Origin: an uncultured Verrucomicrobiae bacterium
GTDB lineage: Bacteria; Verrucomicrobiota; Verrucomicrobiia; Opitutales; JABDGR01
Direction: 5' to 3'
Length of the DNA: 64,000 nt
Assembly: GCA_963765205.1 (NCBI GenBank)
Contig: CAVXVB010000008.1
Coordinates: 352,001 to 416,000 of the forward strand
Program-made: the position numbers and the translations under genes
Shown here: piece by piece, positions 29,811 through 37,991 of the stretch
Numbering within the stretch: the first letter of the stretch is position 1
Layout of the letters: the number at the start of each line of letters is the position of its first letter
Notes under the pieces: model-generated
Database searches by the model: none
Told to the model about the DNA's origin: nothing
What the model saw: the letters and a program-made list of their open reading frames with translations, nothing else

Positions 29811-30440
29811 ATGAAATGGCTTCGCGAACCGCTGGCGCAATTTCTCCTGCTCGGGGCCGTGCTGTTTGGCGCGTTCGCCATCTGGGGCGGCCCGGTGGTG
29901 CCGCCCGCCGGCCAATATCATTTCACCGTCACGCCGACCTATGTGCAAAATCTCGCCCTCTCCTTTCAAAACACCCACCAGCGCCCGCCGACGGATAAGG
30001 AATTGAGCGATGCCATTGACGACTTCGTGCGCGAAGAAATCCTCTTTCGCGAGGCCAAAGCCATCAACCTGGATGAGGACGACCCGGTCGTCCGCAAGGA
30101 ATTGCGCGGGAAGATGGAGTTCATGCTGCAGGACAGCGCAGTCATCCCCGCGCCGACGGATGCGCAGTTGACCGATTACCTGCAAAAAAACGCCGACATT
30201 TTCCGCAATGCGGACGGCTCGCTGCCCACCCTGGCGGACACCGCGGTGCGCAACAAAGCAACAGCGCTCTGGAAAAATGAGCAGCGCCTGGCCGCCGCGA
30301 ACGCCGCGTATGAGAAACTCCGCGCGCACTACGTGGTGGATATCCAAATGCCCGCGGCGGCGCCCGCCGCCGGCACCGCGCCCGCCGCCGCCACTTCGGC
30401 AAACGCGCCCGCCGCCGCCACCAACTCCACCGTCAAATGA
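29811..30440 (+). CDS. PpiC/SurA-like chaperone (shortened rotamase-associated family)
   Basis: WLREPLAQFLLLGAVLF, RPPT..EL...IDDFVREEILFREA..INLDEDDPVVRK.L..KMEF; typical HupE/UreJ neighbour. Confidence 0.75.
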   Translation: MKWLREPLAQFLLLGAVLFGAFAIWGGPVVPPAGQYHFTVTPTYVQNLALSFQNTHQRPPTDKELSDAIDDFVREEILFREAKAINLDEDDPVVRKELRGKMEFMLQDSAVIPAPTDAQLTDYLQKNADIFRNADGSLPTLADTAVRNKATALWKNEQRLAAANAAYEKLRAHYVVDIQMPAAAPAAGTAPAAATSANAPAAATNSTVK

Positions 30441-31446
30441 CGCGCCGCGCCTTAATCCTTTTGCTTGCGCTGCTGGGTGCGCTGGCCGCCCTGCCCGCCG
30501 CGCACGCGCACGAAATCCGCCAGGCGTTTTTGGACTTTAACGAGACCGGGCAGGACACGTACGCCGTGTTGTGGAAAGTGCCGCTCTTCAACAACGCGCC
30601 CAATGGGTTCAGCCTGCTGCTGCCGCCCGCGGCGAAAATCACCTCGGACATTGCGCGCGAAACCACCAACAGCACTTATTACGAACGCTACACGTTGACC
30701 ATTCCCGGCGGGTTGACGGGCCAGACGCTCTCCGTAACCGGCCCGACCGCCCCGCTCGCCGATGTGCTGGTGCGAATCGTACGCGCCGACGGCAAAATCC
30801 AGTATTTGCAGATCAACCCGGCCACGCCCACCGCCGTGGTCGAGGCCGCGCCCGGCGCATGGAGCGCGGTGGGGACGTTTGTGCGCCTCGGCGTCGAGCA
30901 TATCCTGATGGGCGTGGACCATCTGCTCTTCGTGCTCGGGCTGATGTTCATCGTGCGCGACCGCTGGATGCTGCTCAAAACGATCACGGCCTTCACGCTG
31001 GCGCACAGCATCACGCTGGCGGTGGCGACCCTCGGCTACGCGAGCGCGCCGCTGCCGCCGCTCAACGCCTGCATCGCGCTTTCGATTTTATTCCTCGGGC
31101 CGGAAATGGTGCGCGTGCAGCGCGGCGAGACCAGCCTGACCATTCAGCGGCCCTGGCTGGTGGCGTTTGCCTTTGGGCTGCTGCACGGCTTCGGCTTTGC
31201 CAGCGGGCTGACGAGCCTGGGCCTGGGCCACAGTGAAATTCCGCTGGCGCTGGTGTCATTCAACGTCGGCGTGGAACTCGGCCAGTTGTTTTTTGTCGTC
31301 GTCATCCTGCTGCTCGAGGCGCGTTCAAGGTGCTGCTCATGCAGTGGCCGCGCTGGGCGGAGTCCCTGCCCTCCTACACCGTCGGCGGCCTCGGTGCCTA
31401 CTGGACAATCCAGCGCGTTTGGGTTATGGTTTCCGCGCTGCGCTAG
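30437..31446 (+). CDS. HupE/UreJ-2 family protein, frameshift near 31319
   Basis: LGVEHILMGVDHLLFV, ITAFTLAHSITL, FAFGLLHGFGFA, FNVGVELGQL; the shifted frame continues AFKVLLMQWPRWAESLPSYTVGGLGAYWTIQRV to TAG at 31446. Confidence 0.88.
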
Positions 31447-31466
31447 TCCCTGTTTTGAAACCCCTT

Positions 31467-31547
31467 TTCACCGCCAAGACGCCAAGCGCGCGAAGAGTGC
31501 CCTTACCCATAAATCCCCCTTTGCGTTCTTTGCGACTTTGCGGTGAA
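31467..31547. repeat. Inverted 8/9-mer repeat array
   Basis: ttcaccgccaagacgccaagcgcgcgaag ... ctttgcgttctttgcgactttgcggtgaa. Confidence 0.7.
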
Positions 31548-31566
31548 TTATCTCCCTCCCCATCCC

Positions 31567-32280
31567 ATGAAAACGAATCCCTCGCGGCCCTCCCGCAACT
31601 TCGCGCTGTGGCTCTGGACGTTGACCGTCGTGCTGCTGCTCAGCACCTCTCCCGCGCAGGCGCACATCATTCACGGCGAACCCGTCAGCTTCCGCAGCGG
31701 TTTCCTCCATCCCCTGTCGGGCTGGGACCATATCATCGCGATGGTGGCCGTCGGCATCTGGGGCGCGCAGTTGGGCGCGCCGGCCATCTGGGTGCTGCCG
31801 GTGACGTTCCCGATGGTCATGTCGTTCGGCGGCTTCCTCGGGCTGATCCGCGTGCCGTTGCCGGGCGGCGAACATTTTGTGGAATGGGGCATCGCGCTCT
31901 CCGGCGTGACGCTGGGGGCGATGGTGCTCGGGGAAGTGCGGCCGAAGCTGTGGGTGGCGGCGTTCACGGTTGGGCTGTTCGGCCTGTGCCACGGCTACGC
32001 GCACGGCTACGAACTGCCGGCGGGCGAGAGCGGCCTCTATTATAGCTGCGGCTTCGTGCTCGCGACGGGCCTGCTCCACCTAGCGGGCATCACCATCGGG
32101 CTGATCCATCGCTGGCCGGCGGGGCGCGTGGCGCTGCGCGTCTGCGGCGCGATGATTTTGATGGGCGGCCTGTATTTCCTCTACCAAGCCTTCCAGCCGG
32201 AAACCGAAGAACCCACCACCGCCCCCACCGCCGCGAAAACCGCGGCCCTGGCCCCGGCCCAGCTCTCAACTCAAGCGTAG
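31567..32280 (+). CDS. HupE/UreJ family Ni/Co transporter
   Basis: AQA-H, GFLHPLSGWDHIIAMVAVGIWGAQ, FGLCHGYAHGYELP, GFVLATGLLHLAG. Confidence 0.92.
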   Translation: MKTNPSRPSRNFALWLWTLTVVLLLSTSPAQAHIIHGEPVSFRSGFLHPLSGWDHIIAMVAVGIWGAQLGAPAIWVLPVTFPMVMSFGGFLGLIRVPLPGGEHFVEWGIALSGVTLGAMVLGEVRPKLWVAAFTVGLFGLCHGYAHGYELPAGESGLYYSCGFVLATGLLHLAGITIGLIHRWPAGRVALRVCGAMILMGGLYFLYQAFQPETEEPTTAPTAAKTAALAPAQLSTQA

Positions 32281-32294
32281 CCGGAAGCAAAAAG

Positions 32295-32323
32295 CTCAGG
32301 TGATAAGGTAAAGCCTGACCCTC
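32295..32323 (-). repeat. 29-bp site, copy 1 (inverted relative to copies 2 and 3)
   Basis: ctcaggtgataaggtaaagcctgaccctc; 27/29 match to the reverse complement of 33387-33415. Confidence 0.85.
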
Positions 32324-32439
32324 TCTGATTTCCCTTCGGGCTTTCCTCAATGGGTCTCTACTTTCCTCAGTGGGTCTCTATTTTCCGGGGCTAAATACAT
32401 TCGCCAAGCAAAAACCCATGGATAGAGTGAGTATTCAAT

Positions 32440-33327
32440 ATGATCCCTCATCGCTGGAGTTTGGCCACCGTCGTCATTTTGGTTCTTTTTTTGACGGGTT
32501 GCACGGATGTCTATGGGCCGACCAGCGCGAGTGAACAGTGGTTGACCTATACCAGCGCGGAGAATGGATTTCACATCAAATACCCCTCCCAGGCGTGGCT
32601 GGAGGAACAAGGTGGCGACGGATGTTTTTTTGGCCGATACTCGGACGAAGGATTGCGCGTTCAGCGTTTAAATCAGTCCATGGACTCGTTCATAAAAACT
32701 TTTGGCGATCTCAGTTGGAGCACAGCAAAAGTTAACGGGCAGAAGGTGAAACAAGCCACCTCCGTGCAGAGGAATTTTACCGATCTATTCAGCTACCAGG
32801 ATATAAAAGTGACCAAGCGGCTGTTCATTCAGAATGGCCCCTCCGTCTATGTGATTTCCTGGAGTCCCGGCTGGAAAAACAAATCGGCCCCAGACCCAGC
32901 GACAAGCGCCACCTACCGCGAAATGATTGGAACCTTTGGCTTTAATGAAATTATCCATTCCGACCATTTGGACTACACCGACTCCGTTCATCATTATTCT
33001 TTCGCCTATCCGCCGGCCTGGCGGGTGTCGAGGGGCGGCGACATGGTCACGGTGGCCTCAGCCGATTACGGTCTGCGAATCTGGGTCGTGACTGATTCCA
33101 CTGCCGAGATATTTCAACACCGGCCGGCCACCCAGCTTAAGGATGTCGGGGAAAAGCAGCCTTTCTTTCAACATCAACTAATTGGGCAAAAGTGTCTGTT
33201 GCTTGGCCGGGAAACTTATTTTTTTGAAAAGAACAAAAATGTTTATGTCATTGCGCTTACCGGCAGAATTGCCCATGGTCGTGAACTGGATGCTATTTTG
33301 GACAGTTTCCGCCTGCCGCCTGATTGA
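32440..33327 (+). CDS. Hypothetical lipoprotein, possibly two PsbP-like domains; AT-richer than neighbours
   Basis: Lipobox LTGC; repeated W/Y-x-Y-T...F/Y-x-(I/F)-x-YP-x-x-W and terminal 'I(L/G)xxF' patterns. Confidence 0.65.
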   Translation: MIPHRWSLATVVILVLFLTGCTDVYGPTSASEQWLTYTSAENGFHIKYPSQAWLEEQGGDGCFFGRYSDEGLRVQRLNQSMDSFIKTFGDLSWSTAKVNGQKVKQATSVQRNFTDLFSYQDIKVTKRLFIQNGPSVYVISWSPGWKNKSAPDPATSATYREMIGTFGFNEIIHSDHLDYTDSVHHYSFAYPPAWRVSRGGDMVTVASADYGLRIWVVTDSTAEIFQHRPATQLKDVGEKQPFFQHQLIGQKCLLLGRETYFFEKNKNVYVIALTGRIAHGRELDAILDSFRLPPD

Positions 33328-33386
33328 TTTAACCAAGGCCAAAAAGGGATCATAGGGGCCAAAAAGAGGGGCCCAAAAAAACCAGC

Positions 33387-33415
33387 GAGGGTCAGGCTTT
33401 ACCTTATTACCCGAG
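33387..33415 (+). repeat. 29-bp site, copy 2
   Basis: gagggtcaggctttaccttattacccgag. Confidence 0.85.
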
Positions 33416-33584
33416 TTTTCAGCCCTTTTTCATTCGGTCACGGGCGATCCGCCAAGGCCTGCTCCATTTCCGCCCGCGACACCCAGTGGGGGTTGTTCAG
33501 CGCGGCGGCCACTTGCCCGCGCCAGGCCGGGTTTTTGCGCAAGGCCAGCCCGCGCAGATAACGAAAAAGCAGGGCGAAAAAGCA

Positions 33585-33613
33585 GGGGGTCAGGCTGCAC
33601 CTTATTACCTGAG
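33585..33613 (+). repeat. 29-bp site, copy 3
   Basis: gggggtcaggctgcaccttattacctgag; direct repeat of copy 2. Confidence 0.8.
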
Positions 33614-33634
33614 TTTTTGCCCTCTTTCATTCCG

Positions 33635-34024
33635 TCACAGGCGATACGCCAGAGGATGCTTCGGCTCGTAGAGAATGATGTCGTCCGCGCCCGGCACGGC
33701 CATCACGACCACGAGTCCATAGCCGTGATCCTGAACTGCGGTGCGGAACTCCGCGCCCTTGCCCTTCAGTTCCGCGACCGTGGCGGCGATATCGTCGCAC
33801 ATCAGCGAGATCAAATGGTGCCGCGGCGATTCGTAAGTCTGGCCCGCGTGGACGCTGCGGGTCGGGTGTACGCCCATTTCGCTCGGCCCGGCCTTGAAGA
33901 TCAGCCAGCCCTCGCCTCCGCCCTTCACATCCTCGACGCAGGGCCAGCCGAGGACGTTGCGCAGGAAGGCGCGCGTCGCGGGCGCGTCGTCGGAATAGAT
34001 CAGGGTGTGGATGCTGGTGATCAT
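33635..34024 (-). CDS. VOC/glyoxalase family protein
   Basis: HTLIYSDD..ATRAFLRNVLG, GWLIF..GPSEMGVHP, LMCDDIAATVAELK.KG, LYEPKHP. Confidence 0.88.
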   Translation of the reverse strand: MITSIHTLIYSDDAPATRAFLRNVLGWPCVEDVKGGGEGWLIFKAGPSEMGVHPTRSVHAGQTYESPRHHLISLMCDDIAATVAELKGKGAEFRTAVQDHGYGLVVVMAVPGADDIILYEPKHPLAYRL

Positions 34025-34167
34025 CGGACGGAACGAACGGTTAGGCGGGTTCCGGGCCTTTGACAAGCCCGAAGCAAGGTACGCGACAACTCTATTTCCT
34101 TGGCTTGTCCGCCAATTCGGCTCGCCAAACCCTGCTTAACCCACCAAGCTTATCCGCATTCGTTTCC

Positions 34168-34806
34168 ATGAACTTTTCTCGTCAATGGTGGAAAGCCGCG
34201 GCGGCGCTGGCGCTCGTCCTCGCCTGGCCGGCGCGGGCGGACGCGCATTTGGTGACGACGGGTCTGGGGCCGGTTTACGACGGCATCGGCCACTGGGCGT
34301 CCACGCCGGAGGACATCCTGCCGGTGGTGGCGCTGGGGGTGTTGGCCGGGCTGCGCGGGCCGTTGACGGGCCGGTGGCTGATGTTTGTGCTGCCGGGGAC
34401 GTGGCTGCTGGGCGGGGTGGCGGGGATGCTGATGTCCACGGTGCCGGAACTTTCGCGCCCCGTGTTGTCGGGCATCATCTCGTTCACTTTTCTCGCACCG
34501 GGCCTGCTGGCGTTATCGGATCTGAAGGTGCCCCCGGCGGTGGTCATCGGGGTCGGAGCCGTCGTCGGGGTTGTGCATGGATTTTTGGACGCAGGGGGCT
34601 TTCGCTCCGAAGGCGCGACGACGACCGTGGGCATTTTGCAATTTGTCGGGATGACGTTCGAGTTGTTTGTCCTGATGGCGTTGCTGGCGGCATGGGTGGT
34701 GTCGCTGCGGCAGCCGTGGATGCGGGTGGCGGCGCGGGTGGCAGGCAGTTGGATTGCCGCGGCGGGGCTGTTGCTGCTCGGCTGGTCGCTGCGCGGGGTG
34801 GGTTAA
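34168..34806 (+). CDS. HupE/UreJ-like membrane protein
   Basis: ADA-HLVTTGLGPVYDGIGH, VVHGFLDA, RVAGSWIAAAGLL. Confidence 0.8.
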   Translation: MNFSRQWWKAAAALALVLAWPARADAHLVTTGLGPVYDGIGHWASTPEDILPVVALGVLAGLRGPLTGRWLMFVLPGTWLLGGVAGMLMSTVPELSRPVLSGIISFTFLAPGLLALSDLKVPPAVVIGVGAVVGVVHGFLDAGGFRSEGATTTVGILQFVGMTFELFVLMALLAAWVVSLRQPWMRVAARVAGSWIAAAGLLLLGWSLRGVG

Positions 34807-34910
34807 ATGGCCGCTGGGAACGAGTCAGCCACGTTCGCACTTGCCAGAACGGCGCGAGGCGGCTATTAAAAAAACGTTTTCCCCCCATCCCCTTTCCCAT
34901 TTTCCAACCC

Positions 34911-34984
34911 GCGGGCGTAGTATAGAGGTAATACGTGAGCTTCCCAAGCTTGAATCGAGGGTTCGATTCCCTCCGCCCGCACCA
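34911..34984 (+). tRNA. tRNA-Gly (anticodon CCC)
   Basis: GCGGGCG acceptor pairing with CGCCCGC-ACCA, anticodon loop TTCCCAA, T arm GAGGGTTCGATTCCCTC. Confidence 0.95.
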
Positions 34985-35160
34985 GTTATGCAACTTGATA
35001 TTTAACAATGGGTTACTTAACATTGCGTGACGTGAGATTTGAATTCTTCCAATAAAACTTCCAATAAATCGTGGAGGCATATCGGTGTTGCGCAAGTGGC
35101 CAGATGTATTTCTATGGATAGCAAAAGTGCTGCCATGGCAAAAATACGCGACGTAACAAA

Positions 35161-36054
35161 ATGAAGAATCAAAAGACATTCCCTCGCCATTGGCCTGGGC
35201 CAGACATTGAAAGGCACCGCGTCCCAAGTGATCCGCATCTTGAACTCATCAATTTACCGCCATTCACTTTTGAGGATGAACCTCCTGGGGAATTCCTTGA
35301 GGATTGGCGTGCCAAACTAAAGAGCAATGGCACTTTTTCATTATATTCTGAAAATGATGGGCCTACTCCTGACATGGCTTTCAATCAAGCTCGGGAAAGT
35401 CTAATTGAGTTATGCCAAACGTCATGGGAAGGTGACGTGCCAGCAATACAGCGCTTTCTGGAAATGAGTAGATGGATGTGTGATCAATTGTCAGAAATGG
35501 AAAGATTCGCTCCTGACATACTCGCCAATCTTGGAACAACCTCTATTAATTGGCCAATGAACATAGGGCCAGGAAACGCATATATCCGCGAGGCGAAACG
35601 TCGGCTTGAAATATTGCAGATTGGAGCAAAAGCTCCAATTCGGATTGCTCCAAGCGGCAAACAACCAGATTTTTTTGCGAGCCCCTCTTATAAACTTTTG
35701 TTTAGGCTGTATGTGTATGTTAGCAATGTAAGGCTGATGTGGCTACAAGGCGACATGTGGCTCGCTGAAAAAAACGTGTGGGCAAATGAGGCAATTACAC
35801 TTCTTGAACTCGACAAAAAAACTGCCCCGGCTTGGTTTGAAGTAATGTGGAAAATCCTCCTGTATGCGACCGACAATAAGCCCGAAAGTCGGCCTGAGTT
35901 GAAAGCCTTAGGCGAGGGGCGTGAATATGACAGTGAATTCTACGAAGGCCGCAAAAATCCGCCATTGCGCACAAGAATTGCGAAAATTCGCAATGGGATT
36001 AAAACCCGGCTCAAACGCGACTTCTTCAAAATGATTAGAGCAGATTCTCCCTGA
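35161..36054 (+). CDS. Hypothetical protein, first gene of the element
   Basis: 297-aa ORF in AT-rich sequence, upstream of the excisionase-like gene; no motif recognised. Confidence 0.7.
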   Translation: MKNQKTFPRHWPGPDIERHRVPSDPHLELINLPPFTFEDEPPGEFLEDWRAKLKSNGTFSLYSENDGPTPDMAFNQARESLIELCQTSWEGDVPAIQRFLEMSRWMCDQLSEMERFAPDILANLGTTSINWPMNIGPGNAYIREAKRRLEILQIGAKAPIRIAPSGKQPDFFASPSYKLLFRLYVYVSNVRLMWLQGDMWLAEKNVWANEAITLLELDKKTAPAWFEVMWKILLYATDNKPESRPELKALGEGREYDSEFYEGRKNPPLRTRIAKIRNGIKTRLKRDFFKMIRADSP

Positions 36055-36099
36055 ATCGGTGCTAATAGAGGGAGGTCGTGGATTGTGGTAAGAATAGCC

Positions 36100-36405
36100 A
36101 TGATCCAAACTTTGGCTCCAACACCTGCGGCGACGCACTCGCCCGGCACTCACGCGACCTGGCCTATCTGGCTGCGTCTTCCTAAACCCGGTGCCCGTTG
36201 CCCCTACACCGGGCTATCGCGCGGCACCCTGGTTGAACTCGTCTTGCCATGCCCGGTAAACGACAACCGCCCCCCGGTGCGGAGTGTCTGCCTCAAAAAG
36301 AAAAATGCCATTCGTGGCATCCGGCTAATTGATGCCGCCAGCCTTGCCCAGCATTTGGCGCACCTGGCTGACGAACAAACCCCCGCTCAAGGAGCCAGAC
36401 TATGA
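36100..36405 (+). CDS. Excisionase/AlpA-like small DNA-binding protein
   Basis: WLRLPKPGARCPYTGLSRGTLVEL...VRSV.LKK...RGIRLIDAASL winged-HTH pattern; ATGA overlap with rep. Confidence 0.7.
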   Translation: MIQTLAPTPAATHSPGTHATWPIWLRLPKPGARCPYTGLSRGTLVELVLPCPVNDNRPPVRSVCLKKKNAIRGIRLIDAASLAQHLAHLADEQTPAQGARL

Positions 36406-37553
36406 GCACAACCCCAAAGAAAAGAGGCGGTAAACGCCGCTCTGCTGACTGGCCTGCCTGTAAGCCCGTCCTGCCCTCCATAGCTGCGCCCGACACCGGC
36501 TCGCTGTCAAGGTGGAGCACAGCTCGCGAGCAATACCTTGACAGCCTCCCAGCCGGTAAAATTGACCAGCGCCCAGGGCAGGACCGCATTTCGGGGAAAA
36601 AATTGACCGTCACCAAGCCGCATTTTGCGCCTGCTAAGGCGCGAAGGGCGGCACGACTTCAATCCGACTCACCGAAACCGCGAGCAAAAACCAAACCGCT
36701 CAAGGCAGGGCCGCCGCAAAGGCCACAGGCCGTCGTCGGTGGCCGGGCCGGTCGTTCACGAGAAACACCCCCTGTTATGGGGCTGCTTTGCGAATATATA
36801 CCGATCTCGTGGCATCACGAAAAGGGCATTATCAAGGTCGTCCGGCGCCTCCTGCCTCGGTTACCTGACGTGTCGGGGATGCTGTTCCTGACATTCAGCC
36901 TGGATAGAAACCTTTTCAGCGGCCCAGCCTCCGCGTTTGAGTTAGCCCGGCAGAGAATCCGCAAGCTCTTTGCCCGCCTCCGCAAAGGCATAATGTGGAT
37001 GGGCAAAACATACAAGATCGCTGCCCCCTACTGTGTAAAAGTCGAATTTCATGGTGATGATGAAGGATGGGTTCACTTTCACGTCATCCTCTTAACCCGC
37101 CGCTTCATCCCAGGCGACCTGCTCAATTACCTTTGGGACCTTGGTCGGGTAAATGTCGCTCGCATCAGCAATGACGATTTCCATTACCTGCTAAAATATT
37201 CCTGTAAGGGCGTAGGGTATCCCCCATGGGCCTTATCCCGCCGCCGATTGCGCATCTTCCAGCCCTCCCATGGCTTCCTTTTGGCTGTCGAGAAGCCGGA
37301 AGCCAAGGAAGGCCCTAAAACGAAGCGCGAGCGCGTCTCCTACACCATCGGCCAGCGCCTGGAACGCTGGTCCCGAATGGCGCTATTCAATTGCCACGGT
37401 AGCTACCAGGCAATCCGGCTCCTGCGCCCATTCAAACAACTTTTTGATGAGTTAGTTTTCTCCATTGCCGAGGAAGGGAGATACCTGGGCCTCGGGCTTA
37501 TCAAAATTAACCACATAACTGATCTAAGTCTATGGCAACTGATACCAAACTGA
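36402..37553 (+). CDS. HUH-endonuclease rolling-circle replication initiator (Rep)
   Basis: Motif I FLTFS; KVEFH; motif II WVHFHVIL; motif III YLLKY with two tyrosines. Confidence 0.85.
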   Translation: MSTTPKKRGGKRRSADWPACKPVLPSIAAPDTGSLSRWSTAREQYLDSLPAGKIDQRPGQDRISGKKLTVTKPHFAPAKARRAARLQSDSPKPRAKTKPLKAGPPQRPQAVVGGRAGRSRETPPVMGLLCEYIPISWHHEKGIIKVVRRLLPRLPDVSGMLFLTFSLDRNLFSGPASAFELARQRIRKLFARLRKGIMWMGKTYKIAAPYCVKVEFHGDDEGWVHFHVILLTRRFIPGDLLNYLWDLGRVNVARISNDDFHYLLKYSCKGVGYPPWALSRRRLRIFQPSHGFLLAVEKPEAKEGPKTKRERVSYTIGQRLERWSRMALFNCHGSYQAIRLLRPFKQLFDELVFSIAEEGRYLGLGLIKINHITDLSLWQLIPN

Positions 37554-37858
37554 ACCTAAAATCCGGGGTGTATGTGCGCGGAACCGTCTTGTCCAGCACC
37601 GCCACCCTGTTCGACCGCAAGGACAAATCCGGCCAATTCGTGCGCATTCGGCACGAAATCGCCACCAAACCCGGAGTCATTGACTTCGAGCAGATACTGG
37701 ACACGGCCAAAGACGCCGGCGTCAAGGTGGAGGGCGGCAAAGTCGTCACCTTCCCCACCTACCCGGAAGACTCGCCGATCACGCTCAAGCTCGAACCTGG
37801 GGCGATTAAGGAGTTCAAGGGCAAGGTCAAGATCACTCGGGCGGAACTCCTTGCCTGA
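37532..37858 (+). CDS. Putative ssDNA-binding protein (inovirus g5p-like OB fold)
   Basis: 108 aa, beta-rich (VRGTVLSS...FDRKDKSG.FVRIRHEI), overlapping the rep 3' end; position matches inovirus gII-gV order. Confidence 0.6.
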   Translation: MATDTKLNLKSGVYVRGTVLSSTATLFDRKDKSGQFVRIRHEIATKPGVIDFEQILDTAKDAGVKVEGGKVVTFPTYPEDSPITLKLEPGAIKEFKGKVKITRAELLA

Positions 37859-37895
37859 AAGACCTTGCCATGCCCGGCAAAATGACAGAGAAACG

Positions 37896-37947
37896 GGGCC
37901 GGTCGGGGGCCGCGTCCGGCGTGAGCCGGACGCGCCCCCACCGGCCC
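37896..37947. other. Long GC-rich hairpin; candidate double-strand origin and/or terminator
   Basis: gggccggt-c-ggggg-c-cgcgtccggc GTGA gccggacgcg-ccccc-accggccc, followed by ttttccttgtttctaat. Confidence 0.6.
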
Positions 37948-37991
37948 TTTTCCTTGTTTCTAATCGTGTAATAACTGTCCAATATGAAACT

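Noticed and set aside
37572..37991. N-terminal 140 aa of the 960-aa ORF
   Set aside because: It overlaps the SSB-like gene and the hairpin in another frame. Composition and protein-like sequence start at ATG 37992.
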